Origin: Nanobdellati archaeon
Lineage (GTDB): Archaea > EX4484-52 > WAPT01
DNA length: 64,000 nt
Reading direction: 5' to 3'
NCBI GenBank assembly: GCA_015520605.1
Contig: WAPT01000024.1
Span: forward strand, 25,732 to 89,731
This document shows, piece after piece, positions 55,629-64,000 of this stretch. Position numbers and translations under genes: made by a program. The notes under the pieces were generated by a model, which had not been told where the DNA came from, did not search any database, and saw only the letters and a list, made by a program, of their open reading frames with translations. Position 1 is the first letter of the stretch. Each line of letters begins with the position of its first letter.

Positions 55629-55937
55629 ATGAACAACGCGATCAAGATGGTTATAGGAATTCTGCTGATGGCTGCCGGAATTTACTGGTATATTGGCAAC
55701 ATTCCGTACTTTGGAAGTGAGCTGTGGAGAAGTTTAAAGATAGTATTCGAGGGTGTATTTGGCTTGTTCATCTTCTTTCTGGGGCTGCTCATCGCGTGGA
55801 TAGCGTGGGACGACCACAAGATGAACAAACTGCTGGAAGAGGAGGAGTCTGAAGGGAAGGAAAAGACGCCTAAGGAAAAGAAAACAACAAAGAGCAGCAC
55901 CACAAGTTCGAGGAAAAAGGCCTCAAGCAAAAAATGA
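55629..55937 (+). CDS. Small 2-TM membrane protein with charged tail
   Basis: GGGGTGG Shine-Dalgarno; two hydrophobic helices. Confidence 0.7.
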   Translation: MNNAIKMVIGILLMAAGIYWYIGNIPYFGSELWRSLKIVFEGVFGLFIFFLGLLIAWIAWDDHKMNKLLEEEESEGKEKTPKEKKTTKSSTTSSRKKASSKK

Positions 55938-56085
55938 CACGTAAGCTTGAATATAACGATTTGGATTTTGTGTTTTGATTCTTCCCGATTCTTTTCATTT
56001 CCGGTGAAATGTGTGTCCGTAAAAACATTTATATATAGGTTAGACTACAATAACAACCAACTTAATGCTCTACGGAGGTGTTGAT

Positions 56086-56559
56086 ATGAAAACCGCTATG
56101 CGAAAAGGTCAGGCAGCAACCGAATATCTGATGACCTACGGCTGGGCACTGCTCGCTATAGCGATAGTCGGAGCGATACTTTACTACCAGGTGTTTTCCA
56201 ACAGGGCCTGCGGGGCCGGAGGTGCAACGGGATTCGACATGGTAAACACCGTTGTGCCGACAGGGACATTTACGTTGACGTCAGATACAAACGGCAATGT
56301 AAACTTCCAGATACAGCTGGAGAACAGAATGGAAATTCCTGTTAATGTGACAGAGATCACATTCAACGGAATTGCTACGACACTGACGGGGGCACCGATA
56401 ACTCTGCAGCCTGGAGAGCAGAAGGTTGTCTCGGGAAGCGTAACAATAAGTGGGGCCAAGCCGGGTAAGTGTTACAATCTTCAGACAGAGATCTATTTCA
56501 TACCGCAGGGATTCACCCAGCCGAAGAAGAACGCTGGGACACTCAGCGGCAAATACTGA
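56086..56559 (+). CDS. Type IV pilin-like protein (class III signal peptide)
   Basis: RKG/QAATEYLMTYGWALLAIAIVGAIL. Confidence 0.85.
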   Translation: MKTAMRKGQAATEYLMTYGWALLAIAIVGAILYYQVFSNRACGAGGATGFDMVNTVVPTGTFTLTSDTNGNVNFQIQLENRMEIPVNVTEITFNGIATTLTGAPITLQPGEQKVVSGSVTISGAKPGKCYNLQTEIYFIPQGFTQPKKNAGTLSGKY

Positions 56560-56681
56560 ATCTAAGATAACACAATAATGGCTTGAAATTACTCCTTTGT
56601 TTTCTTTTTCTCTTTGTTCTTTTTCTCAAATTGGAAATTAAGATGGAATAATGAGAAATAAAAAGAGCAAAGGTTTAGGAG

Positions 56682-57647
56682 TCACCTCACTATTTTGTTC
56701 CTCAGCGCTGCAACCTGTGCAAGGAATGCCTCTATCTGCAGATCCTCGCTTCCACCCTCCACAATCCTGAACTCGCACTCACCCAGCTTGTCAATCAAGT
56801 ATGCTTTTTCCCTCTCCTCAACCGGAAGGTGGAGTATCTCCCTGTGGATCGCCTTTATCACATCAACTCCGGACATCCCCCTCTCGACCATGAGCTCTAT
56901 GAGTCTATCCCTTGCCTGTGTGAAATTCCCCTTCAGGGACAGCTCCAGAATATCCTTAACTTCCTCCGGCTTGAGCGAGGCGGCCACCTCGTAAACGCTC
57001 TCTACTGTCAACTTCCTGGTTGTTATGGACACAGCCTGCAGGACATTTATCGCCTGCCTCATGTCACCCTCAGAAACCCTGACAACGGCATCAAGACTCT
57101 CTTCTGTGATCTCAATACGCTCATTCTGACAGATTCTTCGGAGGCATTCTTTCATCTTCTCCGGAGGTATGGCCTTAAACCTGAAAACCGCGCACCTCGA
57201 CTGTATTGGAGGAATTATCTTGGAGGAATAGTTACAGGATAGAATAAACCTTGTTGTGTTTGCGTATTTTTCCATGGTTCTTCTCAAGGCCTGTTGCGCC
57301 TCTTGAGTTAGAGCGTCAGCCTCATCCAGAAATATGATCTTGAAACCAATATCGCCTATTGGCTTTGTTCTTGCAAATTCCTTTATTTTCCCCCTTATGA
57401 TATTGATTCCTCTCTCATCTGAAGCGTTTGTTTCCAGAAAATTCTGTCTCCAGTACCCATCTCCGTAGAGCTCTCTTGCGAGGGCTATAGCACAGGTCGT
57501 TTTTCCAACCCCTGCAGGCCCGGCGAAAAGCATGTTGGGGATGTTTTTGTTCTGCACAAATGCCTTCAGTCTGGAGACAACATGTTCCTGATCCACAACC
57601 TCATCAAGCCTTTTGGGTCTGTATTTCTCGGTCCAGATTTCAAACAT
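56682..57647 (-). CDS. rfcS: Replication factor C small subunit
   Basis: WTEKYRP, GPAGVGKT, NASDERG, DEAD, IQSRC. Confidence 0.97.
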   Translation of the reverse strand: MFEIWTEKYRPKRLDEVVDQEHVVSRLKAFVQNKNIPNMLFAGPAGVGKTTCAIALARELYGDGYWRQNFLETNASDERGINIIRGKIKEFARTKPIGDIGFKIIFLDEADALTQEAQQALRRTMEKYANTTRFILSCNYSSKIIPPIQSRCAVFRFKAIPPEKMKECLRRICQNERIEITEESLDAVVRVSEGDMRQAINVLQAVSITTRKLTVESVYEVAASLKPEEVKDILELSLKGNFTQARDRLIELMVERGMSGVDVIKAIHREILHLPVEEREKAYLIDKLGECEFRIVEGGSEDLQIEAFLAQVAALRNKIVR

Positions 57648-57678
57648 TTATTAATCACCCCTATCATAATTTTCCCTT

Positions 57679-59880
57679 ATGATGAAAATAATGAATGAAC
57701 TAACCTTTAAATCTGTTAAGCGCAGCGCGTCTAAAAAGAGAAGTGTTGTGATGAGCTGTCTTTTTCTGATGTTGATTCTCTGCTTTTTAGGGAAGATAAT
57801 CTATGCTATTGAGCTGAGCCCCGAGGAAGCGAGGTATGTTTCATTTATGGAGGCACGGGTGATCATGGAAGGTGTTGTTAGCTTCAACGGGAAGGCTGAT
57901 GAACTGGTGATCAACATCTCCGTGCCATCCTTCAGCCCGTGGCAGCAGGTTTTAGAATACCCTAAGGACTGCCACCTTGTGAGGGATGAGGAGAACAATA
58001 CGATATGCCAGCTCAGAGTTGCTGATCCCACAAGCCCCTACCATTATCACTTGGAATTCAGGGTCAGGACAGAAGCGTTCTATCTCACGAATGATTATGA
58101 AATGAATAACTTATCCTCCCCACCGCTCAGCATCTGGAAATATCTCGCCCCAACCGAGAACATACAGAGCGACGCGCCCGAGATAAGGGAGCTCGCAAGA
58201 AAAATAGTGAGCGGCACAAGTGATGACTTCAAGAAAGTTGCAAAGCTTGCCATCTGGGTCAACAGAAACGTGAAGTACGATGAGAGGTATGCCACAGAAA
58301 ATAAGGACGCACTCTGGGTTCTCAAGCACAGAAGAGGTGTTTGCGCGGAGTTCACAACACTGTTCATAGCTCTTGCGAGAGCCGTGGGGATCCCCGCGAA
58401 GTACTCTTATGTTTATGCGCTGGGTAAGAACGGGTGGGAAAGCCACGCAATAGCGGAGGTGTATATTTACGGAAGGTGGATTCCCGTGGATGTTCTCTGG
58501 CTTGAGATAGGGAATCTCGATGCCACGCACGTGTACTTCAGCTCTTATCGTGACAACAAGATAAGCAACGATATCATGATTAAAGGTGTGGGGGTAGCAG
58601 ATGTTAAATGGGATGCGAAAGACCCCATTTTCGATGTTATTTCCGCTGAAAAAAAGCTACCTAGAGATAAAATTGTTCTGGAAACCGCATCATCTAAGAT
58701 GAGTTTTGGGAGAGAGAATGTGATTTTTGCAAAAATTTTGCCGTCAACCACAAAGGTTGACAGGCTTATTCTACTTCCTTGCAAGGGAGCAAGCATAATG
58801 GAGGTAAAGGATAAAGAGAGGTATGTGATCGAGAAGGCCGGAGAGGAACATTATGTTTACTGGCGCGTCTTTTCAAGCAAGAACCTTGATCCGCGTTATG
58901 AGTATCTGTGTCCTCTCACCCTTAACAGTTATTACGGCAGGGAGAAGGTAAAGGTTCTGAACATGACGGTAACGCCAGAGGCACATCCAGCGCCACGATG
59001 CTGGAGCGCTGTTCTGACGAGGAGAGAGGTACCGAGGGATGGCGAGATTAAAGTGCTGCTTAATACCGGAGGATGTGATGAGGGCACAAAGATTTATGTC
59101 GGGAATGATGTAAAGCTTTACAGAGTTAATGTGGAGAGTGGAGTGAAGAGCCAGATTCTTTTTCTCCCCGTGGGAAGCGAGAGAACAGTGCACATATTTG
59201 ATACTGCGGGCAATTATCTTGCTTTAAACTTCACGGTGGCAGGAGCCACCAGAGCTTTTATCAAGAAGATTGTTTACCCCAGAACGGTCAGAGTTAATTC
59301 AACCTTCAACATCACCTTTGAAATCTCTAATCCTCCGGGAGAGAATCTCTCTTTGAAAATAAACGGAAAAGAAGTTGCTCTGGGTAGTAGAAAAGAAATC
59401 CTAACCACCGTTCCTATGCGGGTGGAGAAAGCTGGAGAGTATTACATCAAAGTTGAGCTGATGGAAGGGGGAAAAAGCGTAGAAAGAACCATGCTCACAG
59501 TTCATGCCATCGTACCTCCAAAAATCGAAGTCAGGAGCGCGTACATTTATGATAATGAAACCCATCTTTACGTTCTTTCCAGCGGAGTATGCAAAAACAT
59601 CACCATATTGTCCTCGGGAAAAGTGTGGAGGCCCACACCCTCCGAGCTTGAAAAAGGCACGAATCATATAGTAATTGAAGGTGTGCTTGATACGAACTCT
59701 CCGATTACGCTGCGCTGTTTTGACGAGTCCTCCGGCATAGTTGAATGGAAAGGAACCCTCAAGTCTTCTCCACTGGATGTACTCTACTTCTATTTTCAGC
59801 AGTTGCTTGAGCGCGCAAAATCTATTATGAGTGGTTTGCTCGCTCAGCTTAAAATCCTCATGGTAAGCGGTAGCTGGTAG
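57679..59880 (+). CDS. Secreted transglutaminase-like (Cys protease fold) protein with Ig-like C-terminal domains
   Basis: Signal peptide; triad motifs GVCAEF, SHAIAEV, WIPVD. Confidence 0.85.
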   Translation: MMKIMNELTFKSVKRSASKKRSVVMSCLFLMLILCFLGKIIYAIELSPEEARYVSFMEARVIMEGVVSFNGKADELVINISVPSFSPWQQVLEYPKDCHLVRDEENNTICQLRVADPTSPYHYHLEFRVRTEAFYLTNDYEMNNLSSPPLSIWKYLAPTENIQSDAPEIRELARKIVSGTSDDFKKVAKLAIWVNRNVKYDERYATENKDALWVLKHRRGVCAEFTTLFIALARAVGIPAKYSYVYALGKNGWESHAIAEVYIYGRWIPVDVLWLEIGNLDATHVYFSSYRDNKISNDIMIKGVGVADVKWDAKDPIFDVISAEKKLPRDKIVLETASSKMSFGRENVIFAKILPSTTKVDRLILLPCKGASIMEVKDKERYVIEKAGEEHYVYWRVFSSKNLDPRYEYLCPLTLNSYYGREKVKVLNMTVTPEAHPAPRCWSAVLTRREVPRDGEIKVLLNTGGCDEGTKIYVGNDVKLYRVNVESGVKSQILFLPVGSERTVHIFDTAGNYLALNFTVAGATRAFIKKIVYPRTVRVNSTFNITFEISNPPGENLSLKINGKEVALGSRKEILTTVPMRVEKAGEYYIKVELMEGGKSVERTMLTVHAIVPPKIEVRSAYIYDNETHLYVLSSGVCKNITILSSGKVWRPTPSELEKGTNHIVIEGVLDTNSPITLRCFDESSGIVEWKGTLKSSPLDVLYFYFQQLLERAKSIMSGLLAQLKILMVSGSW

Positions 59881-59888
59881 GTGTTGGG

Positions 59889-60494
59889 ATGGATGTGGAG
59901 AGTGAAAGAGTAAGGATTATTGGAATAGCCGGAACTCCCGGTACGGGTAAGAGCAGCGTGGCCGAAGCATTGGCTCGAAAGCTTGGCTGGAAGGTTGTAA
60001 GTGTTAACGATCTTGCTGAAGAAGCAGGAGCCATAATTGGCTATGACGAAGAGAGAGGGTGTCACGTTGTTGATGTCGAAAAGTTAAGGAGACATGGTAA
60101 GGAGAAAAAACTTGAAAATGTGATCGTTGAAGGACACCTTGCTCACTACCTCGATGTGGATGTTCTGGTCGTGCTGAGGTGTAAACCCACTGTACTCGAG
60201 GAGAGACTGAAAAAGAAGAGATGGAGCCCTGAAAAAATAAGAGAGAATGTGGAAGCGGAAATACTGGATATAATAACGCAGGAGGCTTACAATCTTCGTG
60301 GGTGGAAGAGAGCATATGAGATCGACACAACGAATAAGAATCCAGAAGAGGTAGCTGAGATTGTTTTTAGGCTAATTGAAGGGAAGAGGGAAGAAGGAGA
60401 TTACGAACTTGGCAGCGTAAGCTGGGAGGAGGAATTCGAGGCACTCACTTTGGCTCAATCACACAGGGTGGACGAAGTGGGTAATAAGAAATAA
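59889..60494 (+). CDS. Adenylate kinase AK6/Fap7 family
   Basis: GTPGTGKS, EGHLAH, KIRENVEAE, IDTT. Confidence 0.92.
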   Translation: MDVESERVRIIGIAGTPGTGKSSVAEALARKLGWKVVSVNDLAEEAGAIIGYDEERGCHVVDVEKLRRHGKEKKLENVIVEGHLAHYLDVDVLVVLRCKPTVLEERLKKKRWSPEKIRENVEAEILDIITQEAYNLRGWKRAYEIDTTNKNPEEVAEIVFRLIEGKREEGDYELGSVSWEEEFEALTLAQSHRVDEVGNKK

Positions 60495-60604
60495 AGAAAA
60501 GAACAGCACTGAAAATTAATACTAAGAAAGTTTCCCACCGTCGCGACAACATTTATAAAAATTATCCAGAAATATAGAGTATCTCTTACGGGAAGGTGAA
60601 GAGT

Positions 60605-60781
60605 ATGGCCAGTCCAAGACCCGAAGTCGTTGATGAGAGGCTTTTCAAGAATGTTTATATTTGCATGAGATGTAATGCAAGAATAAGGACTAAAAATCCT
60701 GCAAGGGCGAAGTGCAGAAGGTGTGGCTCTAAAAGGCTCAGACCCAAAAAGAAGATGCTTAGAGGAGCTTCTAAAAAGTAA
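60605..60781 (+). CDS. rpl40e: 50S ribosomal protein L40e
   Basis: ICMRCNAR...CRRCG...LRPK. Confidence 0.92.
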   Translation: MASPRPEVVDERLFKNVYICMRCNARIRTKNPARAKCRRCGSKRLRPKKKMLRGASKK

Positions 60782-60834
60782 TTCCTTGCTATTCAATTTT
60801 CTTTTTTATACACTTAAGTTTTTGGTGGAATTTA

Positions 60835-61749
60835 ATGGAGGAAAACGCGGATCCTCCTCGTAAAGAAGGGGGAAACGTCACAAAATACGGGATCATGGAG
60901 AAATTCCTCCTTGTTTTCGGTCTGTATTTTCTTGGAGCGGTGATGGGAAGAGCCTCAACAAAATTCTTAAATCAAGCTTTTCTTTTCATTGTTGTTTTCT
61001 GCGGTGTTGCAGCTTTGGGGGTTCTTTTTCTTCTTGATTTTCTCCTGACATATAAAATAAAAAACTCCCAAAATAGATTTACCAATAGAAGCAATGAAAA
61101 TGAAAAGTATTCCGGAATCAACCAAAAGAACGGAAATGTTTGTGATAATCTTGAACATACGGGGTCTAATGCCTTTCTCGGGTGGCTGGTTCTGTTAGCC
61201 ATTATTTGCGTGGTCACTGTTCTGATGTGGATGGAATTAATTTCCGGACTTCTGTACTCCCTTATACTTTCCTTATATATGGTGTCTTTTTTAAAAAAGG
61301 AAAGGTGGTATTACGTTCTTCTTCACTCGATTATTGCGGCACTTATCTTCCTTTTTGGAGCCTCTTTTTTTGGGTTAACACTCAACATAACTCTTCTGGG
61401 TGTGATGGTGTTTCTCGTGTTTTTCGGAATGGAAATTGTATGGGAGCTCTCACTAGGTAATCTAAAGTACAGAAGAGACAGCATAGTTGCGACTTACGGA
61501 GAGGATGTGGCCGGCATACTTGCAGGAGTGGCATTCTTCTTATGCGGGGTGCTTTTACTTTTACTCCCGCTACGGTTTTATGGACTGATACATGTCAAGG
61601 TTGGCGCGGTATTCGTTGCAGCGCTTTTTTTCGGTGCTTACAGACTGCTCCTCGATCCTGAAAAGTACGCTAGGGAAGTTTACCTCATATGCGCATTCTT
61701 TTCGACCATCATGATCTTCGTGATGATCGTGGAGGGCATTTTTATTTAA
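60835..61749 (+). CDS. Polytopic membrane protein, possibly a degenerate UbiA-superfamily member
   Basis: About 9 TM helices with UbiA-like loop spacing but no Asp-rich motifs. Confidence 0.55.
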   Translation: MEENADPPRKEGGNVTKYGIMEKFLLVFGLYFLGAVMGRASTKFLNQAFLFIVVFCGVAALGVLFLLDFLLTYKIKNSQNRFTNRSNENEKYSGINQKNGNVCDNLEHTGSNAFLGWLVLLAIICVVTVLMWMELISGLLYSLILSLYMVSFLKKERWYYVLLHSIIAALIFLFGASFFGLTLNITLLGVMVFLVFFGMEIVWELSLGNLKYRRDSIVATYGEDVAGILAGVAFFLCGVLLLLLPLRFYGLIHVKVGAVFVAALFFGAYRLLLDPEKYAREVYLICAFFSTIMIFVMIVEGIFI

Positions 61750-61816
61750 ACTTTTGGCCAACCATCAAAAACATTAAACAAAGGAGCAACGGGTGTTTTG
61801 ACTTCCATCTTTCCGA

Positions 61817-61890
61817 GCCCCGGTAGCTCAGCCTGGTGGAGCGCTTCCCTGGTAAGGAAGAGGTCCCGGGTTCGAATCCCGGCCGGGGCT
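61817..61890 (+). tRNA. tRNA-Thr(GGT)
   Basis: Anticodon arm CTTCC-CT-GGT-AA-GGAAG; CCA not encoded. Confidence 0.95.
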
Positions 61891-62104
61891 CTCATGACAT
61901 AATTTTCAAAACTGACCAAGAATGGCTCTGATGCGCGAGTGACGAGGATTTTCGCGCAAAAAAGGTTGGATTGTTTTTCATAAAATATAAAGGTTTTTCT
62001 TCCCAACAATCTTAAAAAAGGAGAAAGGAGTATGCTAGATGAGGTCGAGGCGTGTGTTGTATTTTATTCCAAAAAACGTAAATTTAAACTCGCATCCTCA
62101 TTCC

Positions 62105-63535
62105 ATGCCGATGCGATACGCTCTGTTCTGTGTTTCAATTCTCACGGTTTTATTATTGTTACCTTTCCTGTCGTTTGCAGACGGGGGTTCATCACAACTA
62201 TTAGTTAAAATTATTTCAAAAGAAAAAGTGGTTAAGCCACCTGCGACACTGAACTATACTATTTTGATAACAAATCGAGGCGACACCTCTAGGGAAATTG
62301 AGATTCTCATAAGCTCGTCCCAAATAACTTGGTATTATGTGTATCCATCATACCTGCGGCTTTCTCCAGGAGAAACGGGCAGAGTCATACTGAGAATATC
62401 TCCGCCAAGCGGCACATCTTCGGGTCTTTATGAGTTCTTCGTGATAGTTAGGGATAAGAATAATCCCTCCAATGAGGTCAGGGTGGAAGATACGGTTTAT
62501 GTTGAGAAATCGATAAAATTATCACTTGTTAAGGTCGAAACCTCCAAGACGACATACGAAATGGGAGAACCAATAATTATCAAAGCAGGTGTCAGAAATG
62601 ACGGTTCGGAGGACACGTCAGGTTATCATATTTATGTTATTGCAGAAGTTAATGGTATTACTGGCAAGAAAATTTTGAAGGCAAAAGTCCCAGACCTCAA
62701 GGTTAATGAAAGCAGACTTATCACTCTTAACCTCACACTAGATCCACACAGAGCGAGAGGAAAATATTTAGTTACGGTTAAGCTTGAGGATGGAGCCGGA
62801 GATGTTCTTGACGAAAAAAAGACGGAATTTACAATTTTAGGGAAGGTGTTGATGAACAAAACAAAAAAAGTTGAGAAAAAACTGCTGGAAAAGATAATAA
62901 TCATAACTGTGACAAATCTCGGTAATGAGAAGGGAGTCGTAACGATAAGCGAACTGAAAAAATATCCAGATTTTGCTTATATTATTTTCAACGAGACTCC
63001 GCCCGAGATTATAAAGATTGATGGGAAGGAATATTTTCGTTGGAGTTGTGAGCTCGGGCCGCTTGATAGCTGTAGTGTGAAATACGGGATCAATTATTGG
63101 CTTTTCCTCTTCATATTGATCGCTGTATTTTTCATTTTTCTGGTAATTTTTGAAATATTACAATATCCTCGCATAAAGAAAACCCACAGAAAGACCAGTA
63201 GCGAGGAGCACAGGGTTTATATAACAATAAAAAACAGAGGTAAAAGAACTCTCCACAACGTGGAGGTTATAGACAAAGTGCCCGGAATGTTCCAGGTAAT
63301 AAGGGATTTTGAAGTCGGAAAACCCGCGGAAATTAAGAAAGTAGGGGGTGCAACAAGAATGATCTGGAAGTTTTCCACACTAAAGCCTGGAGAAGAGAGG
63401 GTAATATCTTACAAAATAAAACCACTCCTCCATATTGAGGGAAGGATAAAACTACCCTCAGTCGAGGTCAGGGCATTTCTTGGGAGGAGAAAGATAAGAG
63501 TAAGGAGCGGAGAGATAACGACAACATCATCATAA
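62105..63535 (+). CDS. Surface protein with CARDB/Ig-like domains and one TM anchor
   Basis: Signal peptide; repeated (I/V)xNxG beta motifs, LxPGE; TM helix near the C-terminus followed by another Ig-like domain. Confidence 0.75.
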   Translation: MPMRYALFCVSILTVLLLLPFLSFADGGSSQLLVKIISKEKVVKPPATLNYTILITNRGDTSREIEILISSSQITWYYVYPSYLRLSPGETGRVILRISPPSGTSSGLYEFFVIVRDKNNPSNEVRVEDTVYVEKSIKLSLVKVETSKTTYEMGEPIIIKAGVRNDGSEDTSGYHIYVIAEVNGITGKKILKAKVPDLKVNESRLITLNLTLDPHRARGKYLVTVKLEDGAGDVLDEKKTEFTILGKVLMNKTKKVEKKLLEKIIIITVTNLGNEKGVVTISELKKYPDFAYIIFNETPPEIIKIDGKEYFRWSCELGPLDSCSVKYGINYWLFLFILIAVFFIFLVIFEILQYPRIKKTHRKTSSEEHRVYITIKNRGKRTLHNVEVIDKVPGMFQVIRDFEVGKPAEIKKVGGATRMIWKFSTLKPGEERVISYKIKPLLHIEGRIKLPSVEVRAFLGRRKIRVRSGEITTTSS

Positions 63536-63607
63536 AAATCAACTATACTCCCACAAGCGTCCTAATTTAAAATAGTTCTTCAAATATTGATTCATTTCTG
63601 AGTTGGT

Positions 63608-63726
63608 TGGTCCCGCCGCCCGGATTCGAACCGGGGACCGCTCGGTTTCTGAGCACATGGCTACGCGACTGTGCGCACAGGCACAGACCTACAGCCGAGC
63701 GCTCTACCAGACTGAGCTACGGCGGG
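63608..63726 (-). tRNA. tRNA-Tyr(GTA) with a 42-nt intron at 37/38 (about 63647-63688)
   Basis: C1-G72 acceptor pair; CTCGG-CT-GTA-G[intron]A-CCGAG; CCA encoded. Confidence 0.93.
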
Positions 63727-64000
63727 ACTGAAATAGAACCTGACAGGGATATTTTATTATATGTAATGTATTTAAAATTTTTTTTCAGTAATCGAAAGAT
63801 CCCGCCCACCATCAATGGTGTGATAAACCCGGGGCGGGGCAAGCCTCCCCAAAATAAATGCACAGGACTGATTATAAATCTGGTTAAACCCGACAAAAAA
63901 CGGAAAAATTTTTGCATCATCACGGGCAGCATTATTATTTTTTCCAATACAGGAAATCAGTAGGCAAGACGATCACCATACACAAAAAATCAAGCAAACG

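Noticed and set aside
63607-63963. ORFs overlapping tRNA-Tyr (also those over tRNA-Gly and tRNA-Thr)
   Set aside because: Artefactual translations of tRNA genes and AT-rich spacers.

Overview
Archaeal chromosome segment. It is most likely from a thermophilic DPANN-type lineage, inferred from the very GC-rich tRNAs, a DPANN-style class III pilin, and the absence of adk/cmk from the spc cluster. Bases 1-17.6 kb hold the S10/spc/alpha-like ribosomal superoperon (rpl22 to secY, DUF106, L34e, L14e, Cbf5, Trm112, S13/S4/S11/RpoD, L18e/L13/S9/RpoN). The rest is a mix of: information-processing genes (TBP, aIF5B, RFC-S, XPD, HerA-like ATPase, Trm5, Dph5, m5C methyltransferase, Rpp21, Sm, L37e, L40e, S8e); redox and repair genes (rubrerythrin, Ogg, Ogt); a hypC-hypD / hypF-hypE hydrogenase-maturation cluster, whose hypC is missing from the ORF track; isoprenoid lipid genes (uppS, GGR + ferredoxin, a PAP2/polyprenol-kinase fusion); and a DUF134-NifX-CDF-COG1149 operon with a perfect 24-bp operator-like palindrome. 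There are eight tRNA genes, including a tRNA-Leu with two introns and a tRNA-Tyr with one, plus one convincing C/D box guide RNA. The most unusual signals are non-coding. One is a 52-bp element, present twice, that folds into a K-turn-closed stem-loop in front of two unrelated membrane-protein genes. The other is a tRNA-like mini-element (acceptor stem plus T-arm only) in the leader of a small orphan operon. No CRISPR array, rRNA or transposase was seen. All calls come from reading motifs by eye; no database searches were run.
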